Source of the DNA: Candidatus Peregrinibacteria bacterium
GTDB taxonomy: Bacteria; Patescibacteriota; Gracilibacteria; UBA1369
DNA: 64,000 nucleotides
NCBI GenBank assembly: GCA_963708185.1
Contig: OY970195.1
Coordinates: 1,024,001 to 1,088,000, forward strand
Reading direction: 5' to 3'
The notes beneath the pieces are model-generated. The model worked only from the letters and a program-made list of their open reading frames with translations, was not told where the DNA came from and did not search any database. Below, piece by piece: positions 46,980 to 57,901 of the stretch (positions within the stretch are counted from its first letter, which is position 1; each line of letters begins with the position of its first letter). The translations under genes and the position numbers were made by a program.

Positions 46980-47024
46980 TTCTCGCGTGGATTTATAAAT
47001 GCGTATCAATGCAGTGAAATGTAA

Positions 47025-47052
47025 AAAGAGCCTTGCGAACGCAGGGCTCTTT
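47025..47052. terminator. Bidirectional intrinsic terminator between the SLH gene and murA
   Basis: AAAGAGCCTTGC-GAAC-GCAGGGCTCTTT hairpin between convergent genes. Confidence 0.75.
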
Positions 47053-47093
47053 GGGTTTTGGTGAAGGCATTCCTGAAGCTTTCTGAATCAGAG

Positions 47094-47163
47094 TTACTCC
47101 TTTTCGCGCTGGATTTTCGCGCCGAGGCTTCGCAGCTTCTCATCCAGGTTTTCGTCGCCGCGG
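47094..47163 (-). repeat. Duplicated 3' end of murA
   Basis: 47116-47163 matches 47280-47327 at 47 of 48 nt and encodes RGDENLDEKLRSLGAKIQREKE-stop. Confidence 0.9.
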
Positions 47164-47174
47164 GATTCGTTTTA

Positions 47175-47235
47175 TACGCTCACTTCGCGGGACCCGCGAG
47201 ACCCGCGCTCGTTCGCCCTCGCGCCGTGCGCTTGG
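47175..47235 (-). repeat. GC-rich hairpin repeat element (copy B)
   Basis: Reverse complement CCAAGCGCACGGCGCGAGGGCG...GGGTCTCGCGGGTCCC matches 29259-29331. Confidence 0.6.
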
Positions 47236-47257
47236 TATCGACCGCGGCACAGTGCAT

Positions 47258-48529
47258 TTATTCCTCCACGCGGTCTATCTTCGCGCCGAGGCTTCGCAGC
47301 TTCTCATCCAGGTTTTCGTAGCCGCGGTCGATGTATTTGATGTTGGAAATTTCCGTGGTGCCGCGGGCGCACAATGCGGCGAGGACCATGGCGGCGCCGG
47401 CGCGGATGTCGATGCTGGCAATGGGTACGCCTTTGAGCTGGGTCGGCCCCGTGATAATGGCCTGGTGCGGATTGAGTATCTGCACATCCGCACCCATCTT
47501 TTCAAGCTCAAAAAGATAGTTAAGGCGTCCGTCAAAAAGTGTTTCAAAAATTTTGCTATCACCGTGGGCCTGGGTCAGCAAAATGGCAAAAGGTGCCTGA
47601 AGGTCGGTTGGAAAACTCGGGTAGACAGCGGTGCGCAACATTTCCAGGGCCTGGAGTTTTTCGGTTGGCAAAAGTCTGACTTCATTTGCGGAAAGTTCAA
47701 ACTTCGCTCCGGTTTCGTGAAGCTTCTGCCAGAAACTGTCGAGCTGTTCGGTTTCGATGCCCTTCACGGTAACTTCCCCTTTGGTCACGAGCGATGCGAT
47801 GGCAAACGTGCCGGCTTCAAGGTAATCGCCGGTAATGCTGTGTTTTGATCCTTTGAGTTCCTTGACTCCTTCGATCGTCAAATGATGCGTTCCGATGCCG
47901 GTAATGTTCGCTCCCATCGTGTTGAGGAAACGGCACAGGTCCTGAACGTGCGGTTCCATGGCTGCGAGGCGGACGACGGTTTTTCCCGGCGTCATTGCAG
48001 CGAGCATAATAAGATTCTCCGTGGCCGTCACGCTCATTTCTGGCATGCTGATGCTTGCGGGCTTCAGAACGGTGCGTTTGATATGCAGCGACTGCGTTTC
48101 ATCGAGCACCTCCGCTCCCATGGCGCGGAAAGCATAGGTGTGGGCGGACGCGGAACGTTTTCCAAGGACGCATCCTCCGGGGAAAGGGATATGAACTTCC
48201 TTAAATCTTTGCAGGAGCGGCCCGATGAGCAGAATTGAAGCGCGCATGCTGTTGATGTACTTGTCGGTAATTTTGGACAGATTCAGTCCTGATGGATCGA
48301 TTTTTGCCTTGTGGTCTGAAAATTCAATCTTCACGTTGAGTTCCTCAAAAATCTTGAAAAGAGTATGGATATCCGCAATGTCGGGGATGTTGTCGATTTC
48401 GCTGATGTCGTTCGTAAGGAGCGCGGCACATAAAATGGGGAGGGCGGCGTTTTTTGATCCGCTCACGGTTACGGACCCTTGAAGCTTGTGCTGTCCCTCG
48501 ACGATAAATTTCTGGAGCTGGTTGTTCAT
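47258..48529 (-). CDS. murA: UDP-N-acetylglucosamine 1-carboxyvinyltransferase
   Basis: SGSKNAALP, MRASIL, PGGCVLGKR, SVTATEN, FPTDLQ, DIRAGAA and IDRGYE. Confidence 0.98.
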   Translation of the reverse strand: MNNQLQKFIVEGQHKLQGSVTVSGSKNAALPILCAALLTNDISEIDNIPDIADIHTLFKIFEELNVKIEFSDHKAKIDPSGLNLSKITDKYINSMRASILLIGPLLQRFKEVHIPFPGGCVLGKRSASAHTYAFRAMGAEVLDETQSLHIKRTVLKPASISMPEMSVTATENLIMLAAMTPGKTVVRLAAMEPHVQDLCRFLNTMGANITGIGTHHLTIEGVKELKGSKHSITGDYLEAGTFAIASLVTKGEVTVKGIETEQLDSFWQKLHETGAKFELSANEVRLLPTEKLQALEMLRTAVYPSFPTDLQAPFAILLTQAHGDSKIFETLFDGRLNYLFELEKMGADVQILNPHQAIITGPTQLKGVPIASIDIRAGAAMVLAALCARGTTEISNIKYIDRGYENLDEKLRSLGAKIDRVEE

Positions 48530-48615
48530 TGCGAAAATGGGTTGTGGTTGAGATTATAGCCTTTTTAAAAGCCCAAGAAAAGTGGTATAATAAGAAGATA
48601 CCTGTCTTGAGATAT

Positions 48616-49296
48616 ATGGCTAAGCGACGCGCCAAGCGAACAATCGGACCCAGTCATTTCCACCATGATCTTGTGATGATGGCCACGGGTTTTGTGTTCG
48701 CTTTTTTCTTTTCCGTGGTCGTTTTTGAGATCTTCAATGCGCATTTCCACTGGATCGGCGAAGGTTCCGTGAGCTCCGGCGGCGCACAGCAGGTCTCGGG
48801 AATCAACGAAACGGTCCATGGCGCCGCCTCCCAAAGCATGCAGCAGACGGCCTCGGAACTTCTCGTCAGCGCCGAAAAAAGCGGCCCGGCTTACGCCGTC
48901 CCGGGACAGAAACACGTCACCTTGATGAAGTTTTCACTCAGTCCGTCCAACACCGGCTTCGTGACTTCGATGAGTTTTGACCTCGATAAACTCGCGCATC
49001 CATACGACCTGCAGAGCCTCCAGCTTTTTTACGGGGATGAGCAGCTCGGGGATGTCTCATTTTTTGAAGGCAAAGGTTCTTTTAAAAATCTGATGATCAA
49101 AGTCGAGGCGAACCGCCTGATGGAGTTCACACTCACGGGAACGGTCAGCGGCCAGGCACAAATCGGTGACCGGCTTATCACGAAATTCGCATCTGATCTG
49201 GGCATCGTCGCGAATGACAATAACGGTTTCGACTTTTCGGTCCTGGGAACGGATACGGCTTCAGGGCCTGCCACCAGCATCGTTCACGGACCCTGA
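48616..49296 (+). CDS. Hypothetical membrane-anchored protein with beta-rich extracellular domain
   Basis: Basic N-terminus, one TM helix and a beta-strand-rich remainder. Confidence 0.65.
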   Translation: MAKRRAKRTIGPSHFHHDLVMMATGFVFAFFFSVVVFEIFNAHFHWIGEGSVSSGGAQQVSGINETVHGAASQSMQQTASELLVSAEKSGPAYAVPGQKHVTLMKFSLSPSNTGFVTSMSFDLDKLAHPYDLQSLQLFYGDEQLGDVSFFEGKGSFKNLMIKVEANRLMEFTLTGTVSGQAQIGDRLITKFASDLGIVANDNNGFDFSVLGTDTASGPATSIVHGP

Positions 49297-50822
49297 TCAT
49301 ACGAGCGGTGACGTGGGCTGGACACGGTAGGTGAATGCTTCGAGGATGTCCTCTTTTGCGATGGTTTCGTGACGGTTGAGATCTGCCACGGTACGCGAGA
49401 GTTTGAGGATGTTGTGAAAACTGCGCATCGAAAGTTTCGACCTGTTGGCGTATGAGGTCACAAGTTCTTCGGTCCGTGAATCCATCCGGCAATATTCTTT
49501 GACCTCGCCAGCTTTTATTCCGCTGTTGAGGGAAATCTGTTTTGAACTGAAACGGCTTTGCTGTCTGCGACGGGCTTCCATGACGTTCTTCCGGATCTCT
49601 TCCGAACTTTTTTCCGAAGATGACGATTGGAGCCTGACGGGTTCACGGTGGAGCCTGACAAGAAGATCGAACCGGTCCATGAGCGGTCCGGAAATTTTTT
49701 TGTGGTATTGGGTTATGGCGCCGTTCCCGCACTTGCAGTGTTGTTCTTTACTTCCGTAATATCCGCACGGACAGGGGTTCATTGCCGCGATCAGCGTAAA
49801 ATGCGCCGGAAAGGTCACGCTGTGGTTGAGCCGTGACACGGTGATTTTTCTTGACTCGAGAGGCTGGCGGAGTGATTCGAGGAGCGATCGGCGGGCTTCG
49901 GCGATTTCGTCGAAAAACAGTACGCCGTGATGGGCAAGTGATATTTCACCGGGCTGGGCGTGTGCGCCCCGCCGATAAGCGCCGGGATTGTACAGGTTTG
50001 ATGGATTCTTCGAAACGGGCGTTGCAGAGAAATATTTTGCCGGCTGGCAAGAAGTCCCCCGGCGGAATAAATTTGCAGCACTTCGAGCATTTCGGTCGTG
50101 GTGAGGTGAGGCAAAATTCCCCTGAGGGCCCGGGCCAGTAAAGTTTTCCCAGTGCCCGGCGGACCGAACAGGAGCATATGATGTCCGCCCGCCGCCGCGA
50201 TTTCAAGCGCACGCTTCGCCTGGAGCTGTCCTTGAATCATGTTCATGTCTATCTCAATGTTGTTCCCGGTTTGCCGCGGTCCGAAAGTTCTTTTTGCGTC
50301 CTGAACGGGTTTGAGAGTGCCGTTCCCTCTGCAATGCGATATGATCTGCCCAAGGTTTTTGACGCCGTAGATTTTGGGATAATTCGTCAATGACGCTTCC
50401 AGCATGTTCGCTTCGGGGATAAACAGGTCCATGTTGTGGTTGCGTGCAAAAACAGCCATTGAAAGCGCTCCCCTGACCGGACGTATCTCGCCGTCCAGGG
50501 CGAGCTCGCCGACAATAATCGTTCGCGGCGGGACTTTGATTTGCTTCGACGCTTCGAGCAATCCCAACGCCATTGGGACATCGAAACATGCTCCGTTTTT
50601 CCGCAAATGCGCCGGCGCGAGGTTGATGATCTTTTTTTGTTGCGGATAGTCGGCACCGCTGTTCTTGATCGCGGAACGGATGCGTTCCTTGGCTTCCTGC
50701 ACAGCTGTATCACCGAGGCCCACGATGGACAGGCCCGGAAGCCCGGCGAGAATATCGACCTCCACTTCGATAAGCGAAGCTTCGAGTCCTTCGGTAAAAC
50801 ATGAAAAAATTTTTACGGCCAT
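49297..50822 (-). CDS. comM: ComM/YifB Mg-chelatase-like AAA+ ATPase, split by a 1-nt frameshift near 49967-49970
   Basis: IVGLGDTAVQEAKERIRSA, GELALDG and GPPGTGKT in the first frame; PGEISLAHHGVLFFDE, LRQPLE, AAMNPCPCG and SGPLMDRFD in the second. One extra G restores GGG. Confidence 0.92.
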
Positions 50823-51046
50823 AAGGGTTGTATATTCACTTTTCACTGTATCGAAGCCATCATGAATTTTTCCTCAAAACACTCTAAATTTTTCTCCCGA
50901 AAAAAGACTTGATTTTTCGTTTCCGCAGCCTATAATTTCGCCCAATTTGTAACGATTATTACACACCAGCCTGTGTAATATTCGTGAACATTCGGCGTTA
51001 TACCTTTTGAAACGAATTTTATTTATTAATTTTTAATAGGAAATAT

Positions 51047-53026
51047 ATGACTATGAAGATGTCAGCTCTCGAGCCGAACGAACCTGAACAACAGGCTCAC
51101 AATGCGCCAAAACCACAAGGTGAAGACCACTCACCAAGTGGAGAATACCCGGTCAACGATCAGGAATCATCGAAAATTCAGGTTCCAGTCGATCACGTCC
51201 AGGACGACGATATTGAAGCTTTCAGCAATCGCCCAACCGATCTGCCTCCTCCTCCTTCCAATGAAACAGTCGAGGCGCCTGTTGAATCCGGACGCCAGGT
51301 TATCGCCAAGAAAACAACCGAAATCCTGAAACCGGCCAACGACAACCGACTTCACTCCGATAATCTTGATGAAGCTTTTCAGGCATTTGAGGAACATGCT
51401 CCATACCAAGCCCACATTGATCATGCCGTCCGTGATGCCAAACTTACGGAAGAGGTTGAAATGCATTTCAAGGAACAGGAACGTGCGAAAGCTTATTTTG
51501 AACTCGGAAGAAAAAACCGCGGATTCTTTACGAAGATCGCCGACGCGGCCAGCCATGTCTGGAGCGGCACGACTCCTGAGGAACGCGCCCGCGGCCAAAG
51601 AAACACAGGCGGCATTCGCGGACTGTTCATCAGTGAAGCTCAACGACTGCAGGAACTCATGCAAAAAACGGGGATCTCTTCCGCCCCGACCTCAAAAAAC
51701 GTACAATCTTCAATGGTTGAAGAGGTCAAAAGCGCAGCCTCGAAAGTCGTGGCAGGTGTAGGAGGTTTCTTTAAAAAACTTTTTCCTCCCAGAGCACGCA
51801 AGGCGGTGGCCGCCGGCGCTGTCGTCGTGGGGGCCACGGTTTTGGGAATGTCCGAATGCGGACGCGGAGGTTGTAACGGCAACCATCCGGGTCACGTGGG
51901 ACCTGTCGCATCAGCGACGTCGAGTTCCGATGCAGGAAAGGCTCCAGCTCCAAGCCAGTCGGTCGCTCAAGTTCCTGCTCCGGCACCTTCCGATACAACA
52001 AATGAAGAACCCGAACCTACCCCCAAACCGATTGATCAGGAGCCAAAACACCAGACTTATAAACCTGCTCCAAAACTTGCAAAAATCAGCACACTTCCAA
52101 AAACGAATGTTTATCATCCTCCAAAGATTGTCGAAAAGCCAAAGAAAACCGGGGAACTCAAGGAATGCGCTGACGATACCAAGCTCACTGCGACCACGCT
52201 TGATAAATGTCTCGTCAAAGCTGAGGATGCCGATAAATTACGCAAAGATCTTCTGACCCAGGTTGATGAACAGCAGAAAGTTCTCAACGGCGTTTACGCT
52301 CCTATGAACGGTCCGGCTTTTGTCAGCATGAACCCGTACCGCAAAGACAGTAAACAGCTCGATTTCCTCACCGACGCAGGCAAAAAAGAGCCGGGCCAAT
52401 ACGGTCAAATGATGCCGGTCAATCCGCAGAGCGACGTCAATGCAGCCAATAAAAAAATTGTCGACGAATCGTTGACAAAGGCCAGAGGCCTCATCGCCGC
52501 TGCAAGAACTCCGAAGGATTTCTACACCATCACCGAACTGCTCGGCAACATCGGCATCCGCATCGACTCGCTCATTGCCGACCGCGGTAAACAGATCGCG
52601 GCGAATGTTGACGCGGCCAACGAACTGAACATGAAAGTGGCTAAAGACAAGATCTCCGAAATCGAAAAAAATACCGGAAAAACCATCAATGCCGTTCCTT
52701 TCAGCGAAACCCGCCAGCACGGAACCGTCACCAAATCGACCATCGACATTCCGGTCACCAAGGAACTGCTCAACAGCAATGAAAGTGCGGTTCTCGACAC
52801 TCCGAGAACCGGTGACGATCCTGATAAAATCATCGCTTCCGTCCAGACAAAGCTCGGATATTACCGCAGTCTCCTGGACCTCAACCGAACGCTTGATGAC
52901 GTCCGCGTCCAGCAGCACACCGCCGACGTACGTTTGCGTGAAGCCATGAAGGCCGCTCAAGGAAGCAATGGCGGATCTGTCGGCGCTTCTGCCCGAAAAC
53001 CACGCATGAGTGCTTCTCTCTACTAA
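51047..53026 (+). CDS. Hypothetical protein (acidic N-terminus, central TM-like segment, Pro-rich stalk, helical C-terminus)
   Basis: 659-aa ORF preceded by TTGATT-16-TATAAT (50909-50936) and a 9-bp inverted repeat (50957-50980). Confidence 0.75.
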   Translation: MTMKMSALEPNEPEQQAHNAPKPQGEDHSPSGEYPVNDQESSKIQVPVDHVQDDDIEAFSNRPTDLPPPPSNETVEAPVESGRQVIAKKTTEILKPANDNRLHSDNLDEAFQAFEEHAPYQAHIDHAVRDAKLTEEVEMHFKEQERAKAYFELGRKNRGFFTKIADAASHVWSGTTPEERARGQRNTGGIRGLFISEAQRLQELMQKTGISSAPTSKNVQSSMVEEVKSAASKVVAGVGGFFKKLFPPRARKAVAAGAVVVGATVLGMSECGRGGCNGNHPGHVGPVASATSSSDAGKAPAPSQSVAQVPAPAPSDTTNEEPEPTPKPIDQEPKHQTYKPAPKLAKISTLPKTNVYHPPKIVEKPKKTGELKECADDTKLTATTLDKCLVKAEDADKLRKDLLTQVDEQQKVLNGVYAPMNGPAFVSMNPYRKDSKQLDFLTDAGKKEPGQYGQMMPVNPQSDVNAANKKIVDESLTKARGLIAAARTPKDFYTITELLGNIGIRIDSLIADRGKQIAANVDAANELNMKVAKDKISEIEKNTGKTINAVPFSETRQHGTVTKSTIDIPVTKELLNSNESAVLDTPRTGDDPDKIIASVQTKLGYYRSLLDLNRTLDDVRVQQHTADVRLREAMKAAQGSNGGSVGASARKPRMSASLY

Positions 53027-54180
53027 ACACGGGGTGTAACGAACTGAACGAACTGTTCGAGCACCTGACGCAACCTCCCGGCCTCCATGACAAAGCTTAT
53101 CAGCACATGGAGGCCTTTTTCGTAATCGTAAAAATAGCCGGGATGAACGAAGATGCCGGTCTGCTCCATCAGCTCTATCACAAAATCTTCGTCGGAACCG
53201 TGATAGCCATGGATTTGAGCAAAGAGGTAAAGCCCTCCCATTGGTTTGCTGAAGGTGATATGGTCGTTTGTTCCTAAAATTTTCATGGCTATTTTTCTGC
53301 TTTCTTCAAGCCTTTTCCGGTAATCCAGAACGAAGCTGTTTCCTTTCTCCATGATGACGGGCAGCATGGACTGGCTCAGTTGGTTCGCGGCCAGGAATGT
53401 ATCCACCGAAAGTTCGAGTTCATCAAGATAGCGTGGAGCATTGGGGCCGGTGGCGACGATCCAGCCGAGTTTGAGTCCAGGGAGCGCATAGGTTTTGGAT
53501 ATGCCGCTGAGCGTAAAAATATCGACGTCATGTGTTGAGGTCTTTTCCATAGCCGCCACACGCGGAAACTTCTCATCGTCATAGACGAACTCACTGAATA
53601 CTTCGTCGCTGATGACGGCGAGACGGTGTTTTTCCGCCACAAAAAGTACGGCCTCAAGATTTTCTTTCGTCAGGACGCCGCCGGTCGGGTTATTTGGTGA
53701 GATCAAAACAATGGCTCTCGTCTTTTCTGAAATGTTCGATTCCAGGTCTCGGACGTCGACCTGCCAGTTGTTCGAAGCGTCGAGTTGATAATGGCCCAAG
53801 CTTACGTTCGCGATTGCGGCGATGTGGTCAAAAAGCGGATATCCGGGATTGGGAAAAAGGATCTCTCCGTCTTTCCCGCCGAGCAACCGGAACATGTGCA
53901 GATAACTTTCGCTCGTGCCGGAGGTTACAAGAATGTTGTCGGTGTTTATGCGGAATCCGCGCGTTTCATAAAATTTCTTTATGGCTCCTCGCGCTGAAAA
54001 GTCCCCTTTGGGATCGGGGCTGTATTTGGGATTGTTTTGAAAATTTCTGAATCCTTCTTCAAGGATTTCGGGTGGAAAAACCACACCGGATTCACCGGGA
54101 CTTCCGGAAGAAAGATTGATGATCCGCTTGCCCTCTTTTTTGAGTCTGGTGCGCGTTTTTTCGATACGGTTCAACTCCAT
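53023..54180 (-). CDS. PLP-dependent aminotransferase class I/II
   Basis: PNPGYPLF, SPNNPTG, SDEVF and SGISKTYALPGLKLGW. Confidence 0.93.
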   Translation of the reverse strand: MELNRIEKTRTRLKKEGKRIINLSSGSPGESGVVFPPEILEEGFRNFQNNPKYSPDPKGDFSARGAIKKFYETRGFRINTDNILVTSGTSESYLHMFRLLGGKDGEILFPNPGYPLFDHIAAIANVSLGHYQLDASNNWQVDVRDLESNISEKTRAIVLISPNNPTGGVLTKENLEAVLFVAEKHRLAVISDEVFSEFVYDDEKFPRVAAMEKTSTHDVDIFTLSGISKTYALPGLKLGWIVATGPNAPRYLDELELSVDTFLAANQLSQSMLPVIMEKGNSFVLDYRKRLEESRKIAMKILGTNDHITFSKPMGGLYLFAQIHGYHGSDEDFVIELMEQTGIFVHPGYFYDYEKGLHVLISFVMEAGRLRQVLEQFVQFVTPRV

Positions 54181-54181
54181 A

Positions 54182-55364
54182 TTATTCCGCGAAACGCAAT
54201 TGGAAGACTTTGTCGCCCTGGAGGTAGTACAGCGATTTTCCGTCCTGGGAAGCCGTTACTTTCGACGGGAACGGATCCGTGGTGATGATCGTGATGAGCC
54301 TTGCCTGGTTGGCGACGAGTGAAAAATCGACGAAAGAGTACGTCGGCGTAACTTGTGGAGGCGTCGCACCCGCAGCCTCGGCTGCGTTCACCGCAACGCT
54401 GACTTCTACAGTGCTTTGATTTTCTCCGAGCGGAACGAGCTGTCCTTCCAGCGTTTTCATGTCCGCGGTGTCAGGAAGCTTCTGGTTGGTCACGGCGAGA
54501 AGACGGTTGCGATTCACGATAGCCACGTCATCGAGTGGCGTCTTGAGGTCGAGTTGCGTTGTTTTTCCGTCGTCGCCGCGGTAGAGGAAAACCGATTCGG
54601 TGCTGTCGGACTGCGCGCGGGCTGCAAAAAGAAAATCATAGGTCCCGGGTATCCAGCGAAGATCACGGATGAAAGGATAAGTAAAAAGACTTGCCCTGTT
54701 CTGGGCCTGCCGATCGACGAGATAGAGCGTAGACTGATCGGCGCCCTGATCAATGATGGCCACTTTGTTGGCGTCGGACGACGGTATGACGACGTAATGC
54801 TGCAGGTCGCGAAGGAAAGAGGTGACGATCTGGGGTTCGCCCAAGTCGCCGGCGTCGCTGATGGAAGCCAGGTATAGGGTTTGACGATAGTTCTGGGGAT
54901 TACGGACAATATAGCAAACGGCCTTTCCGGAGTCGTTGAAAAACAGCTGCGTCGAAGCACCGATGCCAAGTTTTTCACGCTCGGCTGGGGTGAGCTGCGG
55001 TTGCGGCGGGAATGTTTCGTCGGCGGTTTTATCGGTCTGACCAATGACGGGGATGAAGTCAAAATTTACGGTATCTTCGTAAGGTTTCCCCAGAGGGACC
55101 GTGGCGCTTTCCGTGACGGACTTATAGCCCGTTTTCTCGAATCCGAGGGTGTAATCGCCGGGGGCAACGGTGATGGTGCACTCGTCGGTCGTACAGGTTT
55201 CTGTCCTGCAGCCCCGTGATGTTGACGGTATACGGGGCCGTGGCGTGGATGACAATGGTTCCTCTGTTCAGGAATATTGCCCACACTAAAAAAAGCAATC
55301 CGAGGATGACCGCCCCGATGAGTACTCCGAGCCAGATTTTTCGTTGGACGTCTTCAGCGATCAT
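54182..55364 (-). CDS. Membrane-anchored PEGA-like plus beta-propeller protein, split by a 1-nt frameshift near 55206-55215
   Basis: TM helix and RGTIVI..APYTV in one frame; VAPGDYTLGFEKTGY and TolB-like repeats in the next frame. Confidence 0.7.
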
Positions 55365-55743
55365 GATTCGAGAATATTGGGAAAATGTTGGATATAGGCC
55401 GTGCGGGAAGTTCTCTCGTAATAAATATCGATGAGATCGAGCTGCCACGCCGAAGTTCGATAATGGCTTCCAATAAAGGAAAAAATGGCGCGCAGGAGTT
55501 TCTGTTTTTTACGGGGCCGAAAGACTCCGCCCCTCTTCCGAAGTTCTTTCCCGAACGAAGTTTTACTTCAACAATGGTGATTATATCATTTTTTTCCATG
55601 ATGAGGTCCAGTTCGCCTCCGCGGATGTAAAAATTGCTTCTGATGAATTTATATCCTTTTCGCAAAAGGTAGCGAAGGGCTATTTTTTCACCGAAACGAC
55701 CCTTTGACGTGGTATTTTCGACTTGAAAGATTGGATCAATCAT
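55361..55743 (-). CDS. yraN: YraN/UPF0102 family endonuclease-like protein, 1-nt frameshift in the A-run at 55505-55510
   Basis: G.FGE..A..YL..KGY, GELDLI and VEVKLR. Adding one A gives KKQKLLRA..WQLDLIDI..IQHFPNI and a stop overlapping the next ATG (ATGA). Confidence 0.85.
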
Positions 55744-55933
55744 GACTTATTCATGTTCAATTGATGTTGAAAAGTCGGCAATTTTGCTTTTGATCAGGCA
55801 AAATCCAAGAATAGCGCAAAAAGATGAAAACCTTTTGAAAAAAAACTAAAATTTTGGGAAACTGAAGTTCCCAAGTGACCGGGCATGTCCCGGACTCACT
55901 GACGTTTTGTTCTCCACGTTTTTTCTCTTCAAC

Positions 55934-57307
55934 ATGAGTGACGAACTCTTAAAAGTTCCGCCCCACAGTCTGGATGCCGAGCGTTCGACCCTGGGAAGTC
56001 TTCTGATTGACAAAGACGCCATTACCAAGGTGGCCGATTTTCTCAAACCCGAAGATTTTTATCATGAGAGCCACGCCCGGATCTATCAGGCCATGATCGA
56101 TCTTTTTGAAAAACGTTCACCGATCGACCTGCTCACGCTCACCAGCATTCTCGAGGACAGAAAGCAGCTTGAAGGTATCGGCGGAGCGTCCTACCTTGCC
56201 GCACTGACCAACGAAGTTCCCACGTCGACCCATGTCTTCCAGTACGCGATGATCGTCAAACAGAAGGCGACGCTCCGCCGCATGATCGCAGCGGGAAACG
56301 CCATTGCGGCTCTCGGCTATAACCAGGACGAGCCTATTGAAAACCTTCTCGAAGAGGCCGAAAAAAATCTCTTCGGCGTATCTCAGACGTTTTTGAAGGA
56401 CCGGTTTGTCCATATCAAAGAGATTCTCAACGCGACCTACGACAAGATCACCGAGCTTCACGATCCGGCGACGAAAGATAAATACCGCGGCATCCCCACC
56501 GGATTCCATGATCTGGACAACATGCTTTCCGGATTGCAGCCGGCCGACCTGGTCGTGCTCGCAGCAAGGCCGTCGATGGGAAAAACGGCGTTCGCCCTCA
56601 ATATCGCCCAGAATATCGCCAAAAAAGGTTTTGCCTGTGGTGTCATTTCCCTGGAAATGTCCAAAGAACAACTTGTTGAACGTATGTTCTGCTCTCTGCT
56701 TTCCGTGGATTCGTGGAAGCTTCGCACCGGCAAACTGACGGAAGCGGACTTCATGCGCATCGGGGGCGTCATGGACGAACTTTACGCCATGAAAATTTTC
56801 ATCGATGATTCGGTGGGCAACTCCATCGCCGAACTCCGCGCCAAAGCCCGCCGCCTTCAGATGGAGCACGGACTTGATTTTCTGATTATCGACTATCTCC
56901 AGCTCATGAGCACCGGGCGCGGCGGTATGAACCAGACCAACCGCGTACAGGAAATCTCCGAGATTTCGCGTTCGTTGAAGTCGCTGGCCCGCGAGCTGCG
57001 CATCCCGATTTTGGCTTTGTCCCAGCTTTCCCGCGCCGTGGAGCTTCGTCCAAGCAAGATTCCGCAGCTTTCCGATCTGCGTGAATCGGGTGCCATTGAA
57101 CAAGATGCCGACGTGGTGATGATGATGTACCGTGAAGACTATTACGAAGAAGACAGCCAGCGTCCGGGATTGACCGACATTTTCATCCGCAAACACCGCA
57201 ACGGTCCGACGGGACACATCGAACTCGCCTTCAAGAAGGAACAGATGCGCTTCCTGACCATCGACAAAAAGCGCAACTCCAACGAATTCGCGCAAATGAT
57301 GGAATAA
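55934..57307 (+). CDS. dnaB: Replicative DNA helicase
   Basis: PPHSLDAE, AARPSMGKT, SLEMS, IDYLQLM, LSQLSRAVE and SDLRESGAIEQDAD. Confidence 0.99.
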   Translation: MSDELLKVPPHSLDAERSTLGSLLIDKDAITKVADFLKPEDFYHESHARIYQAMIDLFEKRSPIDLLTLTSILEDRKQLEGIGGASYLAALTNEVPTSTHVFQYAMIVKQKATLRRMIAAGNAIAALGYNQDEPIENLLEEAEKNLFGVSQTFLKDRFVHIKEILNATYDKITELHDPATKDKYRGIPTGFHDLDNMLSGLQPADLVVLAARPSMGKTAFALNIAQNIAKKGFACGVISLEMSKEQLVERMFCSLLSVDSWKLRTGKLTEADFMRIGGVMDELYAMKIFIDDSVGNSIAELRAKARRLQMEHGLDFLIIDYLQLMSTGRGGMNQTNRVQEISEISRSLKSLARELRIPILALSQLSRAVELRPSKIPQLSDLRESGAIEQDADVVMMMYREDYYEEDSQRPGLTDIFIRKHRNGPTGHIELAFKKEQMRFLTIDKKRNSNEFAQMME

Positions 57308-57312
57308 CCGCG

Positions 57313-57852
57313 CTAAAGATTTTTTCGTTTCGAACCGGGGACAATATCGATGAGCGGAAGCGCCGGATCTTCCGGGCTTTTCATCCTGGAATAGCGGCTG
57401 ATTTTCAAAAGCCAGTCCAGGGCCTCTTCAGTACTGCTGCATTGCTGGAGGATTTCAAAAAAACAGGCGTGGATTTCCCTGGCGGTTTTGGGATCCCTGC
57501 TGTTGATGTAGATCGTTCCCCGGTCCTTGAAACTCAAGATGAGCATCTGGTAATGTTCGATCTTTTCGGGTGCGTTGAGATACTTCGGATGTTCTTTGTC
57601 ATTATCTTCCAGGCAGGCTTTCGTGAACATGCGTACTCCGGTTCTCACGCTGGCGATCTCGTGCATGAATTTATGGGTGTCTTCCTCCCATCCCTTCAAC
57701 ATTCCGTAAAATTCCTCGGTCCTGGCTTCGTAGACGCGGCTGCCGTGGAGGTCGGCGTTACGGTCAAGTTCACCCATGACCGTCACATAATCTTCGATCG
57801 TGATTTCGGGGGTTTCAGTTGTGTCTTCCGGAGCTTCGCCCATAAAAAGCAT
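57313..57852 (-). CDS. Hypothetical protein
   Basis: 179-aa ORF co-directional with lysK and filling the gap; start uncertain. Confidence 0.6.
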   Translation of the reverse strand: MLFMGEAPEDTTETPEITIEDYVTVMGELDRNADLHGSRVYEARTEEFYGMLKGWEEDTHKFMHEIASVRTGVRMFTKACLEDNDKEHPKYLNAPEKIEHYQMLILSFKDRGTIYINSRDPKTAREIHACFFEILQQCSSTEEALDWLLKISRYSRMKSPEDPALPLIDIVPGSKRKNL

Positions 57853-57901
57853 GTTAAGGGGTTTAACATACCGCCAAGAATCGGCTTTGGCAAACTGTTT
57901 T

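Noticed and set aside
49967-49970. Programmed ribosomal frameshift in comM
   Set aside because: No canonical slippery heptamer is present; a homopolymer indel is simpler.
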